From a virus, in the IMG/VR virus record IMGVR_UViG_3300045988_159959: a stretch of 64,000 nucleotides of DNA; one strand, given 5' to 3'. The translations under genes and the position numbers were made by a program. Below, piece by piece: positions 1 to 8,209 of the stretch (position 1 is the first letter of the stretch; each line of letters opens with the position of its first letter). The notes beneath the pieces are model-generated. The model was not told where the DNA came from. It did not search any database and saw only the letters and a list, made by a program, of their open reading frames with translations.

Positions 1-939
1 AGGTTTGCTTTTGCCATCTTTTGAAATACTCCATTCAATAGAAGTAACTTTGGTTGTATATCTTTCTTGCCAATCCGGGTTTTTATAAGCAATAGCGTAA
101 CGCGGGTTCCCATTAGGAAGTCTGCCTAAAGTATTACGAATGTTTTTGTTGTCCACTTCAATTACAAGACCGTCACATTTGAAATTTTTGGTAAGTTCAA
201 ACAGTTCATTCAAGTAATTGAAAGCGGATTTTTCATCATCAAAAACAGAAGCGGAAGTCACCCAATACTGCGTAGCATACGGTTCGTAAGCATTGTAAAG
301 CACTGCAAGCTGCATAGACTTATCTCTATCCAAGTCCATAATACCGTACCGGATATAAGCGGTGTTCCCTAAAACCTGCGGGTTTATTTCATCCGCATTG
401 AAAGCTCCTGCCACAGAATTTCTTGCACTTTTGTAACCAAGTGGTTTTACGTTTTTCAAAAACATACCTACCGGGATAATGGCTTCACCGAAAGTAAACT
501 TGTTCAAACGGTCAATCGGTCTACCAGAGTTGATATACTTATAATGCTCATTGCTTTTCTGTCCTTCTATTCCGTCACCCCTTGTCCAACAATCACCTAT
601 GATTTCATCCACCAAAAGAGAAATACCGTCATATTTAGGTGTAATGACAATTTTATCATTTGGGTGAAGTTCCCACACATCTTTAACCCATCTTCTGATC
701 TCACTGATTGTTTTTACCTTTTCCAAAGAAAACATAGGATACGGCAATCTTTCCATCCGATTACCCTTTTTGTTTTCTTCAATGATAGGCTTTGTCAGGA
801 TTTCGCTATCAGGATATTCTTTTTTCAACTGGTCGATCAAAAGATCATACTCCTTATCACTCATAATAGGAGCACCTTCTCTGTATTTTTGGTTGGCTTC
901 TATGATTTTGCCTTCCAATTCTTTTTGCTTCTTTGTCAT
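1..939 (-). CDS. ligA: NAD+-dependent DNA ligase (LigA type), N-terminal ~313 codons; the 3' end runs off the window
   Basis: My own minus-strand translation from the ATG at 937-939 (absent from the ORF track because no stop lies in the window): MTKKQKELEGKIIEANQKYREGAPIMSDKEYDLLIDQLKKEYP... It contains adenylation motif I KYDGIS (Lys codon 634-636), CDGLVIEVD and GNPRYAIAYK. It stays open down to position 1. Confidence 0.8.
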   Translation of the reverse strand, partial: MTKKQKELEGKIIEANQKYREGAPIMSDKEYDLLIDQLKKEYPDSEILTKPIIEENKKGNRMERLPYPMFSLEKVKTISEIRRWVKDVWELHPNDKIVITPKYDGISLLVDEIIGDCWTRGDGIEGQKSNEHYKYINSGRPIDRLNKFTFGEAIIPVGMFLKNVKPLGYKSARNSVAGAFNADEINPQVLGNTAYIRYGIMDLDRDKSMQLAVLYNAYEPYATQYWVTSASVFDDEKSAFNYLNELFELTKNFKCDGLVIEVDNKNIRNTLGRLPNGNPRYAIAYKNPDWQERYTTKVTSIEWSISKDGKSKP

Positions 940-943
940 GTTT

Positions 944-1498
944 TTATTTGTCTAAGGATGAAAGAAATGCTCTGGTATTCTCTACAGAATCACACTTGTT
1001 TTCTTCTTTTTGTTTGCCCCTGATTTCTATCAAAATCTTATAGGCTTCCGGGAAGTTGTCTTGCAATTGCTTTTCTGTGTTGATATAGTCAAGAGCACAG
1101 GCAACCCTGTTTCTGGTTTCGTTTTCCAGTCTTCTAAATTCATACGCTTTCTTGCTCCATTCCAAAATATCTTTTTCAAAAAAGCATTTAAAATCGTCCA
1201 GATATTCACCATAAAACATTTTAGGCATCCCTATTCCATCCAAAGGAATGGGTTCATAGATACGAGCATCCTTTGTTGTTTTTAAAAGTTCATCCGTAGA
1301 GATGTGACTATAAAACAAAAGTGGTTTCATGGACGGGTATCTGTCTACAATGGATTTTATTTCTGGCGGCAGAATAGCATCCACTCTATTTTGCAATTGT
1401 GTTCCAATTCCCTCCAAATAATCACTTAATTTCTTTCTTGCTTTTTGGGCAAATTGATTTCTAATCATTTCTTTGTCCGCTACTAATAGTTTAGCCAT
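944..1498 (-). CDS. hypothetical protein (184 aa)
   Basis: Track ORF; co-directional; its stop lies 4 nt upstream of the ligase ATG. No motif recognised. Confidence 0.6.
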   Translation of the reverse strand: MAKLLVADKEMIRNQFAQKARKKLSDYLEGIGTQLQNRVDAILPPEIKSIVDRYPSMKPLLFYSHISTDELLKTTKDARIYEPIPLDGIGMPKMFYGEYLDDFKCFFEKDILEWSKKAYEFRRLENETRNRVACALDYINTEKQLQDNFPEAYKILIEIRGKQKEENKCDSVENTRAFLSSLDK

Positions 1499-1502
1499 AA
1501 TC

Positions 1503-1985
1503 TTAAATTCTTTTCGTTATTTTTAGTAATATGAATAATGCAATCAAAACTGTAAAAGCACCTATCCCCATACCTCCCATAAAAGAAAGCAATCTATTAG
1601 GAGCCGCCTTTACTTCTTCTTTCAAGTTTTCGTTTTCTTTGCTTACTTTAGACAGCTTTTCTTTGAGGCTTTTTACAACCAATTCCAGACTATCGCAAGA
1701 AGCTACTATAACAATAGTGTCACCTTTCTTTTGAACTGAAAGGTTAGCTTGTCCTTTACTTGTTTCCCTTTTTTCTCCATCTTCCATTTTTTGAGGATTG
1801 ATAGTGAGATTTACAATTGAATAGGGAATCTTTACAAGCGTATCTGCTAACTCTCTTTCCCAGAATAGGGAATCTTTTAGTGTGAAGTTATAGTCTGTCT
1901 TTTGGGAAGGACGGGATTTGCACCCGCCCAAACCAATAAAACAACAAAATAACAAACAAAAAGCAATTACCGAATTTCTTTTCAT
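1503..1985 (-). CDS. putative lipoprotein with a C-terminal transmembrane anchor (u-spanin-like topology)
   Basis: N-terminal signal plus lipobox FIGLGG-C (Cys22); charged coiled-coil-like stretch KEKLSKVSKENENLKEEVK; C-terminal hydrophobic helix GGMGIGAFTVLIALFILL followed by KITKRI. Confidence 0.55.
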   Translation of the reverse strand: MKRNSVIAFCLLFCCFIGLGGCKSRPSQKTDYNFTLKDSLFWERELADTLVKIPYSIVNLTINPQKMEDGEKRETSKGQANLSVQKKGDTIVIVASCDSLELVVKSLKEKLSKVSKENENLKEEVKAAPNRLLSFMGGMGIGAFTVLIALFILLKITKRI

Positions 1986-2191
1986 ATACTTTCTTTTATG
2001 ATCGCTGACTTTAAAAATCCTGTTATTCCCATCCGAAAGGATTTCAATTTTCCGTTCCGAATAACATCCAGCTCAATGTTTCTAAAATCCCTTGCCACCC
2101 TCACACCTTTGATTGTAGCTTCTCCTATTCCGGGAAGTTCTATCGTCTTATCTCTTAATCTGTTTAGGATACAGTTATTCTTCGAGTTCAT
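1982..2191 (-). CDS. hypothetical protein (69 aa)
   Basis: Track ORF with a 4-nt overlap with the downstream gene (translational-coupling pattern). Confidence 0.45.
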   Translation of the reverse strand: MNSKNNCILNRLRDKTIELPGIGEATIKGVRVARDFRNIELDVIRNGKLKSFRMGITGFLKSAIIKESI

Positions 2192-2495
2192 GCGGTTTTA
2201 GAACGCTTTTGTAAATCACGAAGTTATCATGCCCGAAACCGATAGAGACAGAATCGCATTCCTTTATCCACCCCCTTATTGTCCCTTCCGAATAATTAGA
2301 AAGATTGGCTTTCAAAACAATGCTTGTAACGTCTTGTCCAATTGCTTCATTTTGATAGAAGTCCCTTGTCTTTCCGTTGAAATTATCCAAAAGGATAGTT
2401 CTTTCCATCTTTCCGTCTGCCGACATAATAGCAAGAACAGGCTTCTTTCCTATTCGTTGCATGTGGCTAATAGCCATATAAAGAATATGTTCCAT
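2175..2495 (-). CDS. hypothetical protein (106 aa)
   Basis: Track ORF, co-directional, tightly packed. Confidence 0.5.
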   Translation of the reverse strand: MEHILYMAISHMQRIGKKPVLAIMSADGKMERTILLDNFNGKTRDFYQNEAIGQDVTSIVLKANLSNYSEGTIRGWIKECDSVSIGFGHDNFVIYKSVLKPHELEE

Positions 2496-2501
2496 GATTA
2501 A

Positions 2502-2831
2502 TTACTTATAATTCAACATGTTCTTAATCGCTTTTTCTTGATAGAAGCGTTTCTTGTCTTCGCCTCCATCTTTCTTAGAAAAGTTGTTCGCCCTTTTCTT
2601 CAATATCTTTGCCTTGCTTTCGGTAGACATCATCTTAAATTCTCCTATAGAAATGTCGGGAACCTTTTCGTTCTTTTCTTCTTCATAAGAGACTTGCTTA
2701 CCGCATACCGGACATTTGGGAAGATTGGAAGGAACAAGTTTATTGTAACGAAAGACGAACTTTGCATTTGTCATGGGAGACTTTATCCCAAACCTTTCGC
2801 AATTTTCATTGCCACAATATATTCTTATCAT
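2502..2831 (-). CDS. zinc-ribbon protein (109 aa)
   Basis: Cys pairs CGNENC ... CPVCGK separated by about 35 aa; basic C-terminus. Confidence 0.5.
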   Translation of the reverse strand: MIRIYCGNENCERFGIKSPMTNAKFVFRYNKLVPSNLPKCPVCGKQVSYEEEKNEKVPDISIGEFKMMSTESKAKILKKRANNFSKKDGGEDKKRFYQEKAIKNMLNYK

Positions 2832-3000
2832 TCTGAATCTGTTTGATTTTATCCTTCAAAAGAAAAAGTTGCTTTTCCGCTTCTTCCAATCTTGAAGGGT
2901 CGTTTACATTGTTTTTGAGGTAGGAAAGATCGTGTTCAATACTTTCCAGTCTGTCCAAGAAAGACAAGACAAAAATGTTCAAATACTTATTACTCGCCAT
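2806..3000 (-). CDS. hypothetical small protein (64 aa)
   Basis: Track ORF, first gene after a 104-nt intergenic gap. Helical/charged composition. Confidence 0.4.
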   Translation of the reverse strand: MASNKYLNIFVLSFLDRLESIEHDLSYLKNNVNDPSRLEEAEKQLFLLKDKIKQIQNDKNILWQ

Positions 3001-3035
3001 AGTCTAAATTATTTGTTTGTTACTTATAACGGACG

Positions 3036-3060
3036 CAAATGTAACAATATACTGTTACAT
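3036..3060 (-). promoter_or_regulatory. candidate Bacteroidota-type -7 box overlapping an 8-bp-arm palindrome (operator-like)
   Basis: The minus strand reads TACATTTG (plus 3036-3043), matching TAnnTTTG about 35 nt upstream of the ATG at 3000. The palindrome is ATGTAACA-N6-TGTTACAT at 3039-3060. No clean -33 TTTG at the right spacing. Confidence 0.3.
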
Positions 3061-3104
3061 CTCCAAGTAATTTTGTACATTTTTGTCTTGAAATTGTCAG
3101 ATTT

Positions 3105-3617
3105 CTAAATCAGCCCTTTTCGTCTTGCATATTCGGCAATCAAAATACCATCCCTATCCGGGTGTTTTATAAGTACTTCCGGGAACAACCTTTTCCCTAT
3201 ATCCAAAGAAGCCTTTTTAAGCTCTGGTGCACCTGTAATCCCCTTTGGTAATAGCTCTCTTTGCCATTCCTTAGAATCCACAAAAATGTATGGCACTTGG
3301 TAAAGCTCCAGTACGGTTAATTCTGCCTCCAATGCACGCATAGCAGAACAAGTCGCTTCAAAGCGTGCAGGATTCTTCATGGGACGTTCAACGATCGCAA
3401 CGCATGGTGCGTGTTCTTGTAGGTCTGCAATAATTTCCGCCAACACCTTTACATCCACACGAGAGATATTTTTCTTTGTTTTTGTATAATCCTGACCGGA
3501 AATAACAGGTGTTTTTACCATATTGTAATAGGTGAGGTCTTTCCCTACTGTTCCGATCGAACCGGTTACACCGTTGTCTATCCCAATGTAAAATTTCAAT
3601 TCTGTTTCTTTACTCAT
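3105..3617 (-). CDS. RuvC-like Holliday junction resolvase (170 aa)
   Basis: FYIGIDNGVTGSIG (RuvC motif-I-like Asp), VAIVERPM (Glu), C-terminal DRDGILIAEYARRKG (Asp). Adjacent to the recombination genes; 4-nt overlap with the upstream gene. Confidence 0.5.
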   Translation of the reverse strand: MSKETELKFYIGIDNGVTGSIGTVGKDLTYYNMVKTPVISGQDYTKTKKNISRVDVKVLAEIIADLQEHAPCVAIVERPMKNPARFEATCSAMRALEAELTVLELYQVPYIFVDSKEWQRELLPKGITGAPELKKASLDIGKRLFPEVLIKHPDRDGILIAEYARRKGLI

Positions 3618-6025
3618 TGTTCAATACGGCTTATACCGTTCTCCTTTATTATTTTAAGTGTTTTACACTTAGCGTTTTCATTCGAAATATGGGTAGTAAC
3701 CAAAATAGGATACTGAATAAATTCCAATGCTTCGATCACATCATACAGACTTTCTTTCGATAACCCTTCTGTGATTTCATCAATGGATAGGAATTGTAAG
3801 CCTCCCCATCTGTTTGTTTCGTTTATCATATTCTGGATAGCGATAATAAGAGCTATTTCTACCCTTGCACGCTCGCCACCACTGTAGTACCAAAAGTTTT
3901 CTGCTTCGTCCCGGACGACATACGGAGTTATTTCTTCTTTGATATCTCCGTCCGCTTTTGTCTTAAATCCTTCTATTAAGATACGAAGGTCGCTATTTTC
4001 TGCTTTCAGGATATTGTTCGCTCTTGATTGAATATTTTTCAACTGTTCCAACGCAAGGTACATTTTGAAAGACTTAAACCTACCGATCCATTCTTTTTTC
4101 TTGAATAGAAGGGCATCCAAATCGGAAAGCTCTTTGTCGTATCCGGCAATCGAAAGCATAGTGTCCTCTATTTGTTTTTCTTGTGAAGACACATCCACTT
4201 TCGTAGCTTTTTCTTTCTTGATTTCCTTTATCTGCTTTTCATTGTCTTTGATATCGACCAAGTTGGATTCAACCTTTTCAGACAAAGATTTCTTTTTTCT
4301 TTCCAAAAAAGAAATGGTACTTTTAGTCTGTTCAATATCATCATTGATCTTGTAAAGAGAAGTATTGATTTCTTGTGCCGACTGACGAATCTTGTCGATT
4401 TCATCTTCTTGTTCGTTTTTCAATTGAATGAAAGAAGAAATAAGTTCTTCATATTCTTTCAAAGATTCGTCCAAGGATTCCATCTCGGTAACAACTTCCT
4501 TCTCCTGTTTTCCTATTTTCACCTTCTTCTTTTCTTCCTGTTCCAGTGTAGTGTCTTTCAGTGTAAGGAATTTGTGCTTACATTTTGGGCAAGTAATCGC
4601 ACCGGATAAGTTTACAAGGACTTTTCTAAGGGACACTTTCAGTTCATCATGAATTTTTGAAAGTTCTTCTTTCATTTCCAACACTTCATTCTGATTTGCT
4701 TTTGTTTCCCCCAATTCCTTTTTAACAGATTCAATCACTTCCTGAATTTCTTTGGTAGAAGGAAGTTGGTTTTTCTTCTTTTCTTCTTCTTTTAAAAGAG
4801 CTTCCAGTTCTTCCAAAGTGGAATTATTTTCCTTGATGCTTTTGTCTGCACGACCAATTTCATACCGGAAAGAATCAATTTCTTCTTTCAGAGATTTTAT
4901 CATACCTTCTCTTTTTTCGATACGAAATAGTTTGTCGGCTTCAAAGTCAAAATTGGCAGCATCTTCTATTACCTGTTTTAGTGCCTCTATACTACCTTCC
5001 GCACGATCCTTTTTGCTTTGAATAGCAAGTTTTTGAGAAGATAAAGTATCCAGTTCTTTTTGAATGATATCTTTTGTTCCGTCCAAAAAGTCGTAATTAA
5101 TAAACCGGCTGATAAGAGCCAACTTATCCGTATTGGAGCTTTTAAAGAACGATTTGTAGTATTCCTTACAAATAAGGAAATAGCTTTTCAAATCTTCCGG
5201 AGAAATAGCGATCCAAGAAAGGATATAGTTATTCCCATCTTTTACGGTAGCAAGTTCTACCGGTTTACCGTTCAAAGACACATTTAGTTTACTGCTTCCT
5301 TTTAAGGGCAAAATGCGCTCGATAGAGAGAGTTTCTTTTCTTATTGGACACTCTATATCTAAAGAAACTTTTGCTTCCTTCTCACCCCTTCTAATGAGCT
5401 TTTTATCCACACTGCTTCGGTAATTGTTCCCGGTAACGGCAAAATAGACAGCTTGCTGCATGGATGAATTATGGGTAGGAATGTAGTTGTTTGTAACAAA
5501 CATACCGTCTTCACTGGAAACAGTTATGCACTGTTGTTCTTCCGCACCCAAACAAGTGAAGGCAATCATCTTTCGGGAAGGTTTACTCAAGCATTCCGGC
5601 ACTTCAAAAAAGACTTCTTCGTCTTTCGATCTTTTCATGATTTCTTCAAGCGAGATTACATACCAGTCTTCGCCTTTATGCAAACGTACTTTCCATAAGT
5701 GACTTCTGTTGCATTTGACTTCCGTCCCGTCAGAAAATGTAATCTTATAGGCAATGTCAATGTCATGGAAAGGAATAGCTCTTACCACTTGATACGCACC
5801 GGAAGGATGAAGGATAACATCTCCTACCTTTATTTCTCTCATTTTTACAAACCCATTAGGAGTAAGGATGTCTGCATCCATTGTTAAGGCTTTCCCGCTA
5901 CCATTACTTCCTTGATTGTCGTCTGTTTTATTTAACCCTACAAGTGCAGTTACCCCATCTTGAAATTCGTATTTAAAGTGTTCAAATGACACGAAATTTG
6001 TTGCTTCAATTCTAATCGGCTTCAT
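3614..6025 (-). CDS. Rad50/SbcC/T4 gp46-like recombination ATPase, interrupted by a mini-intein in the Walker A loop
   Basis: Walker A GSNGSGK / S is split by the insert. Long coiled coil with a CPKC zinc hook (AITCPKCKHKF), signature YSGGERARV, Walker B LQFLSIDEITEG, H-loop VTTHIS. I chose the start at ATG 6023-6025 (MKPIRIEATNF); the longer track ORF start at 6100 overlaps the recA-like gene. Confidence 0.8.
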   Translation of the reverse strand: MKPIRIEATNFVSFEHFKYEFQDGVTALVGLNKTDDNQGSNGSGKALTMDADILTPNGFVKMREIKVGDVILHPSGAYQVVRAIPFHDIDIAYKITFSDGTEVKCNRSHLWKVRLHKGEDWYVISLEEIMKRSKDEEVFFEVPECLSKPSRKMIAFTCLGAEEQQCITVSSEDGMFVTNNYIPTHNSSMQQAVYFAVTGNNYRSSVDKKLIRRGEKEAKVSLDIECPIRKETLSIERILPLKGSSKLNVSLNGKPVELATVKDGNNYILSWIAISPEDLKSYFLICKEYYKSFFKSSNTDKLALISRFINYDFLDGTKDIIQKELDTLSSQKLAIQSKKDRAEGSIEALKQVIEDAANFDFEADKLFRIEKREGMIKSLKEEIDSFRYEIGRADKSIKENNSTLEELEALLKEEEKKKNQLPSTKEIQEVIESVKKELGETKANQNEVLEMKEELSKIHDELKVSLRKVLVNLSGAITCPKCKHKFLTLKDTTLEQEEKKKVKIGKQEKEVVTEMESLDESLKEYEELISSFIQLKNEQEDEIDKIRQSAQEINTSLYKINDDIEQTKSTISFLERKKKSLSEKVESNLVDIKDNEKQIKEIKKEKATKVDVSSQEKQIEDTMLSIAGYDKELSDLDALLFKKKEWIGRFKSFKMYLALEQLKNIQSRANNILKAENSDLRILIEGFKTKADGDIKEEITPYVVRDEAENFWYYSGGERARVEIALIIAIQNMINETNRWGGLQFLSIDEITEGLSKESLYDVIEALEFIQYPILVTTHISNENAKCKTLKIIKENGISRIEQ
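5468..5890 (-). mobile_element. class 3 mini-intein (141 aa, no endonuclease domain) in the Rad50-like P-loop
   Basis: The insert ALTMDADILTPNG...IPTHN lies between NGSGK and S. Ala at position 1; block B SHLW (Trp two residues after His); block F QQCITV (Cys in place of the usual Asp); block G THN then Ser+1. Together this is the WCT triplet of class 3 inteins. Confidence 0.7.
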
Positions 6026-7094
6026 TTTCTTCTTCCTTGTTTTCAAATGTTGTTTCTTTCTTTCTGAACGTATCAAGAACGTCCTTTTTGATCTTTTCAA
6101 ACAGTTTTGTGTCTTCCAAAAGGCGTTTTCTTGCTTTCGGGAACCCGAATCCTATTTTTTCTTCCCCATAATAGATGTAGGTTCCCTTTTTGGAAAGCAC
6201 ACTCAAATCAAGTCCCATATTTACAATTTCCATCACCTTGTCAATACCTACCCCAAACCGGATAATGATTTGACAAGTTTTAAAAGGCGGTGCAACCTTA
6301 TTCTTTTTACAGGTTATTTTCACCTTATTGGAAACTTGCGTTTCCCCTTCCTTTTCCGATCCCACACGAGCAAGTTCAATTCTCTGACTTGCATAGAAAG
6401 GGATAGCAAAACCTCCCGGTGTTGTGGTGGCTGCGCCATATCCACCTATATTAGATCGGATTTGATTGATACAAAAAAGAATACATCCGGTCTGCTTACA
6501 GATATTTTTCAAAATATTTACCTGGGAACTTAAAAGGCGTGCCGTAAGCCCTATATGTGCGTCCCCTGCTTCTCCATTCAAAAGAGCGGTAGGAACAAGA
6601 CCGGCAATAGAATCAATCACAACAAGACCAATAGATTCTTCATTGCACATTTCCTTTGCTATTTCAAGCACTTCTTCTGCGGTAGAAGGTTGGGAAAGGA
6701 TAAACTTGTCAGGGGACAAATCAATTCCTATTGCTTGCATGTATTTTGGGTCAACAGCGTTTTCCGTATCAAGATACCCTACTGCTTTCCCTGATTTCTG
6801 CATTTCTGTTACCAAGTGAAAAGCAATGCTTGTCTTGCCGGAAGAAAAACCTCCATAGGCTTCCACAACACGACCTTTTGCCCATCCTCCACCAAGTATT
6901 TCATCCAGCAAATAAGAACCGGAATGAACAAACTCAACATCTTGCCTTCTTCCGGCTATAGCATCCTTACCAAAACGATCTTCTATTCTTGAAATAAGAT
7001 CGCCCAAACGATTAGGTTTTTTGACTTCTACAGGTTGTTCTTCTGTTACCGTCTGGACTTCTTCTACCTTTTTAGTTTCCTTCTTTTTCGACAT
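6012..7094 (-). CDS. recA: RecA-family recombinase
   Basis: GGWAKGRVVEAYGGFSSGKTSIAFH (RecA Walker A context) and GLVVIDSIAGLVP (Walker B); 360 aa. Confidence 0.8.
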   Translation of the reverse strand: MSKKKETKKVEEVQTVTEEQPVEVKKPNRLGDLISRIEDRFGKDAIAGRRQDVEFVHSGSYLLDEILGGGWAKGRVVEAYGGFSSGKTSIAFHLVTEMQKSGKAVGYLDTENAVDPKYMQAIGIDLSPDKFILSQPSTAEEVLEIAKEMCNEESIGLVVIDSIAGLVPTALLNGEAGDAHIGLTARLLSSQVNILKNICKQTGCILFCINQIRSNIGGYGAATTTPGGFAIPFYASQRIELARVGSEKEGETQVSNKVKITCKKNKVAPPFKTCQIIIRFGVGIDKVMEIVNMGLDLSVLSKKGTYIYYGEEKIGFGFPKARKRLLEDTKLFEKIKKDVLDTFRKKETTFENKEEENEAD

Positions 7095-8127
7095 ACAGCA
7101 ATTTGTTTAAAATTTCCTTTCCCTCTTTTTCGTCATATCCGTTTTCTTTACAGAAAGACGAAAATCTATCTTCTATGTCCTTTGTTTCCAAAGTCTTCAC
7201 TTCTACAGTAGGAGCAAGGACTTCCTTTATTTCAATTTCCTTGAATTTCTTTTTGATATCCACACCTTCTTTTGTAAAAGCATCTTTATCAAAAGCATCA
7301 AGTGAAGATTGCTCTCCCCAAACCTCTACCCTTACACGAGCGGTAGGGTTTTCTTTCTTGAACTTGTTAATAAGTGCCACCGCTTGCTTGTGTGGTGTTT
7401 CTTCTAAGTCAATTTCCAGTTTTTTGAATACTGTCCCTTTTGTGGAAGGGATAAGATCGACTTCCAAATCAGAATCCAGAAGCCAAAAACCCTTCTTTTC
7501 ATCTTCCCCAAAATTGTTCTGTTGGACACTTCCCAAATGGTAAATGTTACTACCTACGCGTTGGTAATTATGATAGTGTCCTAAATACACTTTTTTGAAC
7601 ATCTCAAACATGGAAGGCTTTAGTTCACTTTTTACTTCTGTTCCGTCCATGTTTTTACTACCGGTTACAGCAAAATGCCCAAATAGGATATTCTTCTTTC
7701 TCTTGTCCCCGATTTCTGCCAATTCGTCAAGTAAAATGTCATCAGTGAAAAATGGCAGGAAAAAGCAATAAACCCCTTCTATCTGCATACCGTCCAATTC
7801 TTCCACCAAAGTAAAAGAAGGATGATGTTTAAAGGCTGTAAGAAATGACTTTTGACTTGAATAGGATGTTTTGTCATGATTACCGGGAATACAAACTATT
7901 TGATGTCCGTTTTCATCATACGCTTCCAGTATTTCATGAAGTGTAGAAAGGCATACTTCCCTTTGAGATACCCTGTTGTCAAAAACATCACCCAGCCAGA
8001 TATGAGTTTTAATACCCTTTTTGTCGGCTATATCCATTTCTTCCAATAAAATATCTTTTATGGTAGAAGCGTTTCCCTCTGACAGATGATGGTCGGTTGA
8101 GATTATAGCTAAATATTTTTTGCTCAT
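7072..8127 (-). CDS. sbcD: Mre11/SbcD/T4 gp47-like nuclease
   Basis: Calcineurin-type phosphoesterase motifs STDHH, LGDVFD, IPGNHD, GHFAV, GHYH. Overlaps the recA-like start by 23 nt. Confidence 0.75.
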   Translation of the reverse strand: MSKKYLAIISTDHHLSEGNASTIKDILLEEMDIADKKGIKTHIWLGDVFDNRVSQREVCLSTLHEILEAYDENGHQIVCIPGNHDKTSYSSQKSFLTAFKHHPSFTLVEELDGMQIEGVYCFFLPFFTDDILLDELAEIGDKRKKNILFGHFAVTGSKNMDGTEVKSELKPSMFEMFKKVYLGHYHNYQRVGSNIYHLGSVQQNNFGEDEKKGFWLLDSDLEVDLIPSTKGTVFKKLEIDLEETPHKQAVALINKFKKENPTARVRVEVWGEQSSLDAFDKDAFTKEGVDIKKKFKEIEIKEVLAPTVEVKTLETKDIEDRFSSFCKENGYDEKEGKEILNKLLYVEKEGN

Positions 8128-8148
8128 GTTTGTTTTGTTAGAAAGGAA

Positions 8149-8170
8149 GGGGACTGTATTTCAAGTCCCC
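8149..8170 (-). terminator. hairpin terminator candidate after the SSB gene
   Basis: GGGGAC-N10-GTCCCC stem-loop; on the minus strand it is followed by TTCCTTTCT. Confidence 0.4.
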
Positions 8171-8209
8171 AACCAAATTAGAAAAATATGAAAAACTAAA
8201 AAGAAGAAA

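Noticed and set aside
544-1023. Plus-strand ORFs of 60-175 aa throughout the window (for example 544-1023, 12938-13375, 18922-19404, 22202-22732, 44978-45496, 52019-52540, 55496-55996, 61748-62272, 62951-63424, 63488-63967)
   Set aside because: All lie antisense to long minus-strand ORFs with recognisable motifs or tight operon packing. Their translations are F/L/S/I-rich low-complexity shadows typical of the reverse strand of AT-rich genes. Only 36056-36823 has independent support.
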